Shown one piece after another: positions 47,442-56,289 of a DNA stretch of 56,972 nucleotides (position 1 is the stretch's first letter; each line of letters starts with the position of its first letter). A program made the translations under genes and the position numbers. Origin of the DNA: a virus. Lineage: Duplodnaviria; Caudoviricetes. The stretch spans positions 1-56,972 of IMG/VR virus record IMGVR_UViG_3300022750_000015; one strand, 5' to 3'. Below the pieces are notes generated by a model. The model saw only the letters and a list, made by a program, of their open reading frames with translations, was not told the origin of the DNA and did not search any database.

Positions 47442-48734
47442 TTAATTAAGTTTAATTTTATCGCCCAACAATGCGCCATAAATTGCAGCAGCCTCTTGCT
47501 GGTCGGCGGTCAACTCCGCAGTGCGTTCAGCAGCGGCAGGAGGTACAACCACCGGAGGGGCACTTTGACCCTGCAAACTTTGCAGTTTACCGGTGTTTGA
47601 TGCTTTCAACTGAAGTTCTAAAACTTCTGATTGCTTAATCTCGCGACCTTCAGCAATACCTTTGCTAACAGCCTCAGGATCTACACTTGCAAAAACCTGC
47701 CAGCATTTTACCCGTTCCTGTTCTTTTGCAACTCCGTCGGTTACGCCTTTAGCGAGTCCTTCTGAGTAACCCTCGCCGCGAATGGCCGAGTAGGCTTCGG
47801 GAAACTGGGCTTTGATCTCTGTTTGTGTCATAGCACTTATGTTACTGTTGTTTTTTGATTTCGCGTTAAATTTAGGATTAGATTTCGACAATTCCAAAAT
47901 CTTATTTGCAGCATCTTTTTTAGAGCCTATTGCGTCGATCATAGTTCCTACAACTTCCCGAGCCGGATACATGGCTCCGGTCATTTGGCTGTCTTTAATA
48001 TTGGGCATCGCTGCCTTAGTAGACGTATGAAACTCTTCATTAAGCTTATCGGCTCTCTCTTTAAGGAGAGAAACGTCTCCGGAATTTATAGCCAACTCTT
48101 CGGCGGCGTTTTTTTCGGTGCTTTTAGTAGCGTAAACCATAAAATGCACTTCTCCGTTACCGTCCTTCTCTCCGTTAGGCACTCCTTGCGCTCCCGCTAT
48201 AACCCCGACTGATCCTACTTCGGCATCTTCGCTTTCGGCCATTACATAATCGCCCTCACTAGCTATGCCATAACCCCCTGAAGCCGCCATACCTTGCCTT
48301 TCGACGATGGTAACCTTAGGTTTCTTTAACGACTTCATGGTGTTTTTCATAAAGTTCATTCCAGAAACAGAACCACCGGGGGAATCTATTACAAACAAAT
48401 GCCCAACAACTGAAGGGTCGTTCTCAGCATTGTACAAATCTATAGAAAGCTCTTTCATTCCGCGACTGCTAGCGCCGCCGGCTTTGGTTATCACTCCGTT
48501 TATGTTAGTAACCGAAATTTTTTGTTCGGTCTTTGAGGTATTTTTGCTTTCTTCTACCGAAATAGTGGCACTCATATCGAGCTTTCCGTAACAAAAACTG
48601 TTAAGCCTTTCGGTCGTGTCATTAATAACCCCCGCCCTTGCGTCTTTAAGCGTATTTTTCAAAGGGTTTATGGCTGTAGATTCTACAACCCATAATCCTC
48701 TGTAAATCTCATGTGCTAAAGCCGTGTTAATCAT
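47442..48734 (-). CDS. S49 capsid maturation protease with C-terminal scaffold region
   Basis: IDSPGG, AASGGY, VGSVGV motifs; probable nested scaffold start MTQTEIK at 47831. Confidence 0.88.
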   Translation of the reverse strand: MINTALAHEIYRGLWVVESTAINPLKNTLKDARAGVINDTTERLNSFCYGKLDMSATISVEESKNTSKTEQKISVTNINGVITKAGGASSRGMKELSIDLYNAENDPSVVGHLFVIDSPGGSVSGMNFMKNTMKSLKKPKVTIVERQGMAASGGYGIASEGDYVMAESEDAEVGSVGVIAGAQGVPNGEKDGNGEVHFMVYATKSTEKNAAEELAINSGDVSLLKERADKLNEEFHTSTKAAMPNIKDSQMTGAMYPAREVVGTMIDAIGSKKDAANKILELSKSNPKFNAKSKNNSNISAMTQTEIKAQFPEAYSAIRGEGYSEGLAKGVTDGVAKEQERVKCWQVFASVDPEAVSKGIAEGREIKQSEVLELQLKASNTGKLQSLQGQSAPPVVVPPAAAERTAELTADQQEAAAIYGALLGDKIKLN

Positions 48735-48742
48735 ATAGAAAG

Positions 48743-48771
48743 CAAATATAGATAAATTTTTAAATTACAAA
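48743..48771 (-). promoter_or_regulatory. Bacteroidetes-type promoter for the capsid genes
   Basis: TTTG 48771-48768, TATATTTG 48750-48743. Confidence 0.6.
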
Positions 48772-49176
48772 TATTTTTATATTCTGATCGGGAAAACCTG
48801 CTGGATCACTAAACCCGTAAAGCCTTTTAGTTTCCGGGTAATACTGTAATGGTGACAACATCTGATACGGATCTGTGCCGTATTTAACGTACGCAGTAAC
48901 AGAAGCGGGGTAATCCGGTACTCCTTCAGACGTCAAGTCTATGTAAAACCCCGGATCTGTTCCCTCAATATCCGCAGCCGTTTTTTCTATTGGCTCTACA
49001 GAAGCCCCACCCCCTGAATTAAAAGGTAGCCAAACGATAGTATCGCTAAGGTCCGAATTATACCCGGTCATATTAGCATAATACACACCCGAATCTACGA
49101 CTACGTCGCCCACGCGAGGACGTAGAAGCGCTGACCAGGTCGTGCTTTTATTCCTTATCCTCGTCGTCGGCTGCAT
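48760..49176 (-). CDS. Hypothetical structural protein
   Basis: 138 aa between portal and protease. Confidence 0.6.
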   Translation of the reverse strand: MQPTTRIRNKSTTWSALLRPRVGDVVVDSGVYYANMTGYNSDLSDTIVWLPFNSGGGASVEPIEKTAADIEGTDPGFYIDLTSEGVPDYPASVTAYVKYGTDPYQMLSPLQYYPETKRLYGFSDPAGFPDQNIKIFVI

Positions 49177-50893
49177 CGCTGTTAGTATTAGAGTTAGTTT
49201 TCTCAGGCTCGGGGGCTATTTTAAGCTTATCGGCTAAAACCCTTTCGGTAGCTATTTTAGCTGCGTTGCTCTGCCAGTCGCCACCGCCAGCTTGCTCGGT
49301 AGCTTGTTCCAGACTTATGAGCGGGAAGTTATCATATGCAGCACCCAAAGCGCCGCGTATAGCGTTTATCTCTTTAAGCGGGTCGATGTGCGGCATGTTG
49401 GTGCCGGTAAATTTAGCGCCACTGTATGCTTCCACAACATCCATATTCTCGTCGTCCCAAGCCTTCAAATACCCGTCGGCCGTAACTTTGTTCTTAAGTA
49501 CGTGGACGTACAACCATATCATGTATATCGGGCCGTAAAAGTCATTACCGCACTTAGCGCGATACAGAGCTACTACGTCCTGAAACGCAAGAATAGCAGC
49601 TCTTGACGCTGAATAATTGGAATTGTATTTCTGTAAAGCGACTTCCGGCGGAGTGCCAACGGCCGCACATATTTGCGTGAATATGGCGTTAAAGAACGGG
49701 TCGTACTGTATTTCCGATTGACTGGCAACCGCTTTAAGCGATTGGTCGGGGGCTAAACTGTGTACCTGTCTTTCTTCCGTGATAGATATAGCATTGGCAA
49801 CCGCCGTAGCCTGCGCCATAGTGTCGGTACTAACACCGGTGCCTATGCGGGCCTTAATGCTGTCTGCAAGAGGGTTACTGCCGTCTGAATCGCGTCCATG
49901 CTCCAACACGTAAACTACTTTGGCTCGTTCTTCGGCCGTGGTAACTGTTGCGTTGGTGTATCGGTCAAGAACCGCAGCCTTTTCTAATATGGCAGCAGTA
50001 ACCGGTACGCCTCTGTGGTGGTCGATACGGAGTTTCATTCCATAGCCCATCCAGGCCATAGTCATGCCCTCACTATTCTTAGCCTCTATCCGCTCTAAGT
50101 CGTAAATTAGAGACATTGCTCTCTCGCCATAGTTCTCTTTCTCTACGTAGAAAGCTACGTATTCGCCGGCCGGGTTGATTTCAACCCCTTGTATGATTAT
50201 ATTACCCGCTGCTTTGGCCGCAGTATAATACGCGTGAATAATAGGAGGGCTTTTGACGTGCTGGCCATCTACTACCTGAACTTTAAGATTGAATTTCTTA
50301 TCGATACGAAGTATCACCAAGTCATCTCCCCCAAGCAGCTTGGTTTCTTCATGCTGCTGCGCGAGTTCGTGTAAAGAGTTCTTGCATTTAATATCCGCTC
50401 GTTTGCTTTTAGCCCAAACCTCGAAATAGGTTTCGACGTTAGTCGTAAATTTCTCCGAATCGAGTGTGATGCCTTCAAGTTCGAGCAGCTTCAAATGCGG
50501 TTCGGCTTGCATGGTTAACCCGCTGCCGATGATACGGCGAATAAGCGGGTTAAGAGCTGTTTTCACTACGTCGTTAGCGAGCCAAGCCTCGTAAGACCGG
50601 GCACGTAACGAGACGTGATCGGGTAAAAGGTTGATTGCTCTGCCTAAAGACCCGTTGCTTTTCTCGCCGTTGTACACACCAGAACGTATAACCACAGGGC
50701 CTGTATTAGAATATGGGCCTGAGCCGTATTCCGGTACCCAGGCTGCGGGCATTCTATGTTCGGGGTCTTGATCGTATTGCTGGGGTGGTGCTGCAGGTTC
50801 GGGTGCTTGAGTTACGGTCGTTTCTACGCCTTTACTATCGGTAATAACTTCCGATCCGTTCCAAAAACGTTTGATATCTTCTAAGAAACCCAT
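49148..50893 (-). CDS. Portal protein (lambda family)
   Basis: LRARS, GVE, RGVP, NYSASRAA, IDPLKE motifs; likely start MGFLED at 50893. Confidence 0.9.
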   Translation of the reverse strand: MGFLEDIKRFWNGSEVITDSKGVETTVTQAPEPAAPPQQYDQDPEHRMPAAWVPEYGSGPYSNTGPVVIRSGVYNGEKSNGSLGRAINLLPDHVSLRARSYEAWLANDVVKTALNPLIRRIIGSGLTMQAEPHLKLLELEGITLDSEKFTTNVETYFEVWAKSKRADIKCKNSLHELAQQHEETKLLGGDDLVILRIDKKFNLKVQVVDGQHVKSPPIIHAYYTAAKAAGNIIIQGVEINPAGEYVAFYVEKENYGERAMSLIYDLERIEAKNSEGMTMAWMGYGMKLRIDHHRGVPVTAAILEKAAVLDRYTNATVTTAEERAKVVYVLEHGRDSDGSNPLADSIKARIGTGVSTDTMAQATAVANAISITEERQVHSLAPDQSLKAVASQSEIQYDPFFNAIFTQICAAVGTPPEVALQKYNSNYSASRAAILAFQDVVALYRAKCGNDFYGPIYMIWLYVHVLKNKVTADGYLKAWDDENMDVVEAYSGAKFTGTNMPHIDPLKEINAIRGALGAAYDNFPLISLEQATEQAGGGDWQSNAAKIATERVLADKLKIAPEPEKTNSNTNSDAADDEDKE

Positions 50894-50895
50894 AT

Positions 50896-51225
50896 TTAAC
50901 AGCAAAATCCCCCGCCTCTGTTAACAGTAGCAGCTGAGCGTAAATTGATAGTTGATCCTTGTAACTGGCGGATATACCGCTGCTTAACCAGATTTAAGGC
51001 GTTAAGAGCCGCCGTTATATCCTGAGAACTGCGGTAGTTCGTTTTAATACGTACTTGCCCATCGTCCAATTCGTACATGGCGATACCTACCCCGGCTCCG
51101 CTTGCCTGGTCGAGTATGGCTATTAGGATAGCAGCCTCGATGTTCTCGATAGCTTGTATTTTAGCTACGAGAGAGGTTCTACTCTCAACATATAAAGTGA
51201 TTGATCCGTACTCGGTGCAGGCCAT
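50896..51225 (-). CDS. Head completion protein (lambda gpW position)
   Basis: Between terL and portal; likely start MACTEY at 51225. Confidence 0.6.
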   Translation of the reverse strand: MACTEYGSITLYVESRTSLVAKIQAIENIEAAILIAILDQASGAGVGIAMYELDDGQVRIKTNYRSSQDITAALNALNLVKQRYIRQLQGSTINLRSAATVNRGGGFCC

Positions 51226-51273
51226 AAATGTTTTTAACAAATATGTGAACATTTAGGGCTAATTCCAAATATA

Positions 51274-51311
51274 AATAAAACACCCTCTGTAGTTTGGCTT
51301 ACAGAGGGTGT
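51274..51311 (-). terminator. Rho-independent terminator
   Basis: ACACCCTCTGTA/TACAGAGGGTGT stem followed by a T-rich run on minus. Confidence 0.75.
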
Positions 51312-51383
51312 AAATAATCAAATTACTAAAGTTATGAATCCTAAAGACGGCTAATATAAAAACTAATTCTGGAACATACAAAT

Positions 51384-51412
51384 AAAAAGCGCAGCCTGTT
51401 TCCAAACTGCGC
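51384..51412 (-). terminator. Rho-independent terminator
   Basis: GCGCAG...CTGCGC stem then TTTTT on minus. Confidence 0.7.
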
Positions 51413-51463
51413 CCGCCCTATTTATACACGCTGCAAAACCCGTTGCTCTGCAAATATAATATT

Positions 51464-53518
51464 TTAGTTAACTAATTCAGCTACAAAATCTTCCCACGTA
51501 TAATTTTTATACTTCGAAGGGTTTTGCTGTTTGGCCAGATCAAGGTAAACCAGTTTCGCCGCCTCATTGTATACCCGGACGTCCCAAAAGTGATTCGGGC
51601 TTAAGCTATTTTTCTTTTCCCACCGGTAGCCGATAACATCTTCACCTTTTTTAACCTCTGTACGCCTCTCGCCCTGGTAGTGGATGAAGAAATCAGCGTA
51701 AGTGTACTTCCCGTCGTTTGCCTGCGGATAATTCATAAAGCCGGAAGGCTGATTACTCCCTTCAGCGCCCCTACGAAGCTTCATATTCTCCGAAATATCA
51801 TCCTTTATCTGGTTAACTTCAACATTATAAAACTTTTTAGGGTGCTCTACTGATCGTCTGACCGGGTTACTATCGCGCTGAGCTTTCCGGTAATTTTCAT
51901 CGGTTTTACCCCTTACGCCATATACAACCAGCCCATTTTCCTGCATTTGAGTTATAAACTGCATAACGAGTTTCTCCATGAAGCCTGTATCGATCAAAGC
52001 GATATCTACTGGCCATCCGTCATCACCCTCTGTTTGATTTAATCTGGTAATGATCTTTTCTACCTCCGGCCAAACGGCGTTCGGCATACCGTGGGTATAT
52101 GTCATTTTCTCCCGGTCGGCCTCTTTAGCTATATCATGTGTTTTCTTATCCCTTGCGCGTTTAAACGTACCTATGCTACCCTGATCTACAGAATAAGTGC
52201 TTCCCGAAGCAGCATGTGCTACTATCTCCCAATCTACCCGGGCATCATCCAACTCTCCGTTTAAGTCAAAACAAGCTGATAACAGAACTATTTTACCGTT
52301 TCCGTCCTCTTCGCTCGTTTCGTCAGGTATAATACCCGGTTTGTAGTCGCCCATGTTCTCCATGAGCACAGTAGATTTTGGAGTTTCGCCCAAATCCTCG
52401 AAAGGCAACCCGAGCCTTTGGTTATTAAACGCTTTCAGCTTACGTACAATCGGCGCACGGCCTGGGGGGTTCGCCTCTATCCACTCGCGTACTACCTTTT
52501 CCCACGAATCGAACATCGGGGGTATGATCAGGTCATTAAGATAGTAGCTCTCGTAGTACTTTACGGGTTTAGGGTTGGTAGCTACCCACAACCCGCTTTT
52601 GTTTAAGCTGTATTTATCTTTAAACGCTAACTCACCCTGGCAGCACTGCGTTACATATTTAACCGATTCGGGGATAAGCTCTCCGTATTCGTCCAGCAGA
52701 TAAACGATACCCGCGCGTTTACCGTCGTCAAGCTTAACGCTAAACTCTACAGGAAACTGTTTGCTGCAGTGCGGGCAAACCCAATTCCATTTCTTCATAG
52801 TACCTTTTTGGTACTGCATCCAAATTTGTGAGTGGCCCGTAACCGTAGGCGTGGATACGTAAAAAGTCTTAGCGTCATCGCCGTAGGACTTCTGCCTGCC
52901 CTGCATCAGTTTGGTGATATCACCTTCATCGCCTATCTCCCAGGGCGCTGTATCGAAATCATCCGCGAAAATAGTTTTGGCTGAGTAGAAGCGGAAGGTA
53001 TCGGGGTTGCTGGTACCCGCTGCAGTCATCGTGCCGCCTGCGTACTCTTTAGAGAACTTAGTATCGCCAGTACGTGTGTTCTGTTTCTTTATAACGTTCG
53101 GCCTGATCAGTTCCTGCATTCCGCTCTCCCGCAGTACGGGGTCGAAGCGTTCAGCCAGGGTACGACCCGCCATATCCTTATCGGCGGCAGTGAACAGCAT
53201 TGGCTCCGGTATCTGGTCTATAATATAAAGCATACCGGGAATAACAACACCGGCGGTAATACCACATTGCGAGCTTTTCATCACGGCGATCTGCTGCGTG
53301 GGAGAACTCGGGTGCAGGTGGTCTATGATCTCCCGGCAATATGGAGTGAGGTCGTATCGGTACGGTCCCGGAAACCTTGTCGTAGATTTCGGGAGCCTTA
53401 TGCGGTTCTCTACCCACTCAGAGGGCCGGGGCTTAACCATTTGGAATTTAAAAACCTTATCGTTGGTTTCGATCAGCTTCTGGCCCCAGGCCGCAGCAAC
53501 CGGATTAGACAGCAGCAT
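51464..53518 (-). CDS. terL: Terminase large subunit (lambda GpA family)
   Basis: TPY..EI, MKSSQ.G, STPT, CPHC, NHFWD motifs. Confidence 0.93.
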   Translation of the reverse strand: MLLSNPVAAAWGQKLIETNDKVFKFQMVKPRPSEWVENRIRLPKSTTRFPGPYRYDLTPYCREIIDHLHPSSPTQQIAVMKSSQCGITAGVVIPGMLYIIDQIPEPMLFTAADKDMAGRTLAERFDPVLRESGMQELIRPNVIKKQNTRTGDTKFSKEYAGGTMTAAGTSNPDTFRFYSAKTIFADDFDTAPWEIGDEGDITKLMQGRQKSYGDDAKTFYVSTPTVTGHSQIWMQYQKGTMKKWNWVCPHCSKQFPVEFSVKLDDGKRAGIVYLLDEYGELIPESVKYVTQCCQGELAFKDKYSLNKSGLWVATNPKPVKYYESYYLNDLIIPPMFDSWEKVVREWIEANPPGRAPIVRKLKAFNNQRLGLPFEDLGETPKSTVLMENMGDYKPGIIPDETSEEDGNGKIVLLSACFDLNGELDDARVDWEIVAHAASGSTYSVDQGSIGTFKRARDKKTHDIAKEADREKMTYTHGMPNAVWPEVEKIITRLNQTEGDDGWPVDIALIDTGFMEKLVMQFITQMQENGLVVYGVRGKTDENYRKAQRDSNPVRRSVEHPKKFYNVEVNQIKDDISENMKLRRGAEGSNQPSGFMNYPQANDGKYTYADFFIHYQGERRTEVKKGEDVIGYRWEKKNSLSPNHFWDVRVYNEAAKLVYLDLAKQQNPSKYKNYTWEDFVAELVN

Positions 53519-53750
53519 ATCTGACGGGTTCTAAAAAAGGTAATGTAGTAGGACTTTGTATTCTCTTGGTGAATTGATGCTCGGGTTTTACGGCTTTCAG
53601 ATAAAATCTTAATGGCACATAACCGCATTCATCGCAGCAATATATCTCTTCGGTCTTTTGCTTATACGTCATCCTGCTATAAAGAAATACAGTACCGGTT
53701 ATGCAGCCGGGGCACATGAATTTATACCGGTTAAGTATATAAACTCTCAT
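53505..53750 (-). CDS. Small zinc-finger protein between terS and terL
   Basis: CPGC...CDEC; overlaps both neighbours. Confidence 0.55.
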   Translation of the reverse strand: MRVYILNRYKFMCPGCITGTVFLYSRMTYKQKTEEIYCCDECGYVPLRFYLKAVKPEHQFTKRIQSPTTLPFLEPVRYAAV

Positions 53751-54427
53751 ACCTTTCGTTGTCCCCTTGTTAGCGTTTCTGAATAATCGCCCACTAAGAT
53801 TTCAATCTCCTTGTTAGAGGCTATGCGCGCTTCGTTGATGGAGCTTTCCAGTTCCACCTTAGCATCTTGCATCATTTCGGCCTGTAGTCCGGCATCGCAT
53901 CCGGTCTTGGCCATAAATATTTTGGCAATCCGCTCGATGCCTTTACCGAACTCCACGAAAATAGTAGTGGCATGCCGTTCGATAACGCCCTGGGCGAGGT
54001 CGATAGGCAATAATTGTCCTGCCGCTTTCTGCAGTTGCATCTCTAATTGCTGGTTTCTAAGCTCTTTTTGCTTGATTTCCAGCTCTTGGATGTGGTTATC
54101 CTTATCGACTCTTCGCTGATCTACGGCTACCTGCCGGGCTACTTTTTGCTGTATTTCCTTCGGTTCGCGCTGGATTACCTCTTCTTTAAGCTTATCGATC
54201 TGCTCTTTTATGCCAGATGTAGCCTTTTTTCTAACTTTTGGCGGAGGTATTCGCTGTGCAGGAGATTGATTTTCGCTAAGATACTTGGCGTTGATAGGGT
54301 TCTCCGGGTCAATAAGTTTTTTATTACCGGGGTAAACCGAAACTTTCTTACGGAGTATGTGCACATTTAGCGTACCGACGTTTCCGTGGCAGAGATCGGC
54401 AAACTGTTGACGGGTGAGTAGGGCCAT
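53747..54427 (-). CDS. terS: Terminase small subunit (Nu1-like)
   Basis: N-terminal HTH-like segment, coiled coil, G.L.P; upstream of GpA. Confidence 0.75.
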   Translation of the reverse strand: MALLTRQQFADLCHGNVGTLNVHILRKKVSVYPGNKKLIDPENPINAKYLSENQSPAQRIPPPKVRKKATSGIKEQIDKLKEEVIQREPKEIQQKVARQVAVDQRRVDKDNHIQELEIKQKELRNQQLEMQLQKAAGQLLPIDLAQGVIERHATTIFVEFGKGIERIAKIFMAKTGCDAGLQAEMMQDAKVELESSINEARIASNKEIEILVGDYSETLTRGQRKV

Positions 54428-54430
54428 GGG

Positions 54431-54584
54431 TTAAAATATTATTTTAGCCTGCTTTTTCAGATTATCTATAGCCCACAAAGGCTGCATATCTACCATCTGA
54501 ATATCTTTTACTAACGTGATAATCCGTTAAGTATTTATGCCTTCCGCATTTAGTGCATATTTTACTTGGCTCCCCCATACACAT
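54431..54584 (-). pseudogene. Internally deleted HNH/endonuclease VII-like gene remnant
   Basis: KICTKCG...SDGRYA in one frame joined out of frame to QPLWAIDNLKKQAK. Confidence 0.65.
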
Positions 54585-55010
54585 TACAAATAATTACAGT
54601 TCTGCAAGTGTAATAAAAAATAACAACACCTCAAAACCACTCCGTGGAAAAATTTTAAGTTCTAACAGGCCTCAAATAAATGGAAAATGTCCGATATCAG
54701 TGCAGCGTAACCCTTTGCAGCCCTGGAAGCATTTTTCCACAGTACCTTACTAATTTTGTTAGCATACACATACTAATAGTATTAGCACACACCAGTACAC
54801 TAACTGCCCTCAAACAAAAGGCTTATTTTAAGCCCCTCTAAGCTATTAAAGTGTTAAAACCATACGCATATACCACCCGTACCCCGTTCGTGCCTTGTAC
54901 CCACGTGTATTTAAGCGTACCGGCTTGCATTAACCCATACACCATAGCACTATACCATCAATAGCAGTGATCTGCCCATAAACCGGTACACACCAGGCTA
55001 AAGGCGTATT

Positions 55011-55446
55011 AGAGAAACGCTAATTTTACTACTAAAGTGATTGATTATTAAGCATTTAGCTATGTGAGAAACGCTAAAACGTTTTTAGAGAAACGCTAAA
55101 AAACCTTTGCGTTTCTCTTTAACTGCCTGATTTACAATGGCTACAAGCTATAATACACACAAGAAACGCTAATTATATAAATAATATACGTATAGGAATA
55201 TCGCAAGGGTATACTATTAACGATGTATGTATTCACACATAATCATACATGTACGTAATTACACGTATATTTTAAAAACACACTTTTCGTAAAATGCGTG
55301 TATTTCGTCCTGTAGCAACTGGTAATCAAGCAGTTCTGTGGAAACGCTCTGCGTTTCTTTGCGTTTCTATAAACGTTAAAACGCTGATTTACAGGAACAT
55401 TTGCGTTCCCGCTGATTTACAGCGTTTTACGTATTTACAGGAACGC
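55011..55446. repeat. Cluster of direct and inverted short repeats (candidate origin or packaging site)
   Basis: GAAACGC on + at 55014, 55068, 55090, 55163, 55341 and on - at 55109, 55351, 55361; CTGATTTACA at about 55127, 55384, 55412. Confidence 0.75.
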
Positions 55447-55475
55447 TATTTTTGACGATGTGTAAAATATTTATA

Positions 55476-55518
55476 AAAATAAATTTGCATATAAAACTAA
55501 ATGGTTTTATATTTGTCT
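55476..55518 (+). promoter_or_regulatory. Early promoter copy 1 (43-bp repeat)
   Basis: TTTG-N20-TATATTTG; identical to 55822-55864. Confidence 0.85.
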
Positions 55519-55538
55519 TATAATCAAACAAGCACATT

Positions 55539-55754
55539 ATGAAAACTTACAGATCAAACTACGACGCCGCTAAAGTAGTTAAGGCTAAATTTCCCAAAAG
55601 TAATTCGGTTGTAGTTGCAGCCTTTGGCATATCACACAACTACTATGAAGGCGATAAACAGGATAAACTAATTGCTAAGACGCTTTACACCGACAAGAAA
55701 AACGACACGTTTGTCGGGGTTGAACTTGAATTAAGATTTGAAAACTTTATATAA
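55539..55754 (+). CDS. Early hypothetical protein
   Basis: 71 aa between promoter and hairpin. Confidence 0.7.
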   Translation: MKTYRSNYDAAKVVKAKFPKSNSVVVAAFGISHNYYEGDKQDKLIAKTLYTDKKNDTFVGVELELRFENFI

Positions 55755-55760
55755 TTAATC

Positions 55761-55790
55761 GCCCCGGCCTGAAATAAAGCCGGGGTTTTT
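55761..55790 (+). terminator. Hairpin/terminator
   Basis: GCCCCGGC...GCCGGGGTTTTT. Confidence 0.65.
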
Positions 55791-55821
55791 AGGTGCAAAG
55801 CACAATAAGAAAAAATAATTT

Positions 55822-55864
55822 AAAATAAATTTGCATATAAAACTAAATGGTTTTATATTTGTCT
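55822..55864 (+). promoter_or_regulatory. Early promoter copy 2 (43-bp repeat)
   Basis: Identical to 55476-55518. Confidence 0.85.
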
Positions 55865-55886
55865 AACAAATCAGAACAACGGTATT

Positions 55887-56042
55887 ATGGCGTACTCAAA
55901 CAGATCAATCTACAAAACCTTTCAGGGTGCAATAGTTATAGAAAAATACAAAGGTGTTAACCTGGTATCTAAACAGTACATAGGTTACTCACTTAAAGAA
56001 GCAAATAAATTATTCACTGAGTACTATAAAAACTTTAACTAA
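55887..56042 (+). CDS. Small early protein (51 aa)
   Basis: Read by hand (MAYSNRSI...KNFN). Confidence 0.6.
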   Translation: MAYSNRSIYKTFQGAIVIEKYKGVNLVSKQYIGYSLKEANKLFTEYYKNFN

Positions 56043-56044
56043 CA

Positions 56045-56260
56045 ATGAAAACAATATTAACCATTATCAGCATAGCCATAGTATTACTATGCTCAGGCAA
56101 CGCAAACGCCGTTACCATACAATCTCAAGGCCGCGTTATTAAACTAACAGCCACACACGTTAAAACGCTTAATCAGTGCGGTATCATATTACCAGCCGGC
56201 GTTCAAACTATCCGCAATAACGATTTAGCAGATCGTATTATATTAATCCTTAACAAGTAA
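56045..56260 (+). CDS. Small exported protein
   Basis: Signal peptide MKTILTIISIAIVLLCSGNANA. Confidence 0.65.
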   Translation: MKTILTIISIAIVLLCSGNANAVTIQSQGRVIKLTATHVKTLNQCGIILPAGVQTIRNNDLADRIILILNK

Positions 56261-56289
56261 TTACATTAACCTTTTAAACTTCGAATACA

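Noticed and set aside
5675-54370. Numerous antisense/overlapping ORFs in the track (e.g. 5675-6046, 8771-9208, 31789-32280, 40831-41328)
   Set aside because: Shadow frames of well-supported genes, with no motifs or start context
54553-54753. 66-aa plus-strand ORF
   Set aside because: GTG start, no motif, overlaps the HNH remnant and the presumed late control region
55011-55446. Repeats as a CRISPR array
   Set aside because: Units are 7-13 bp, irregularly spaced and in both orientations; no repeat-spacer periodicity
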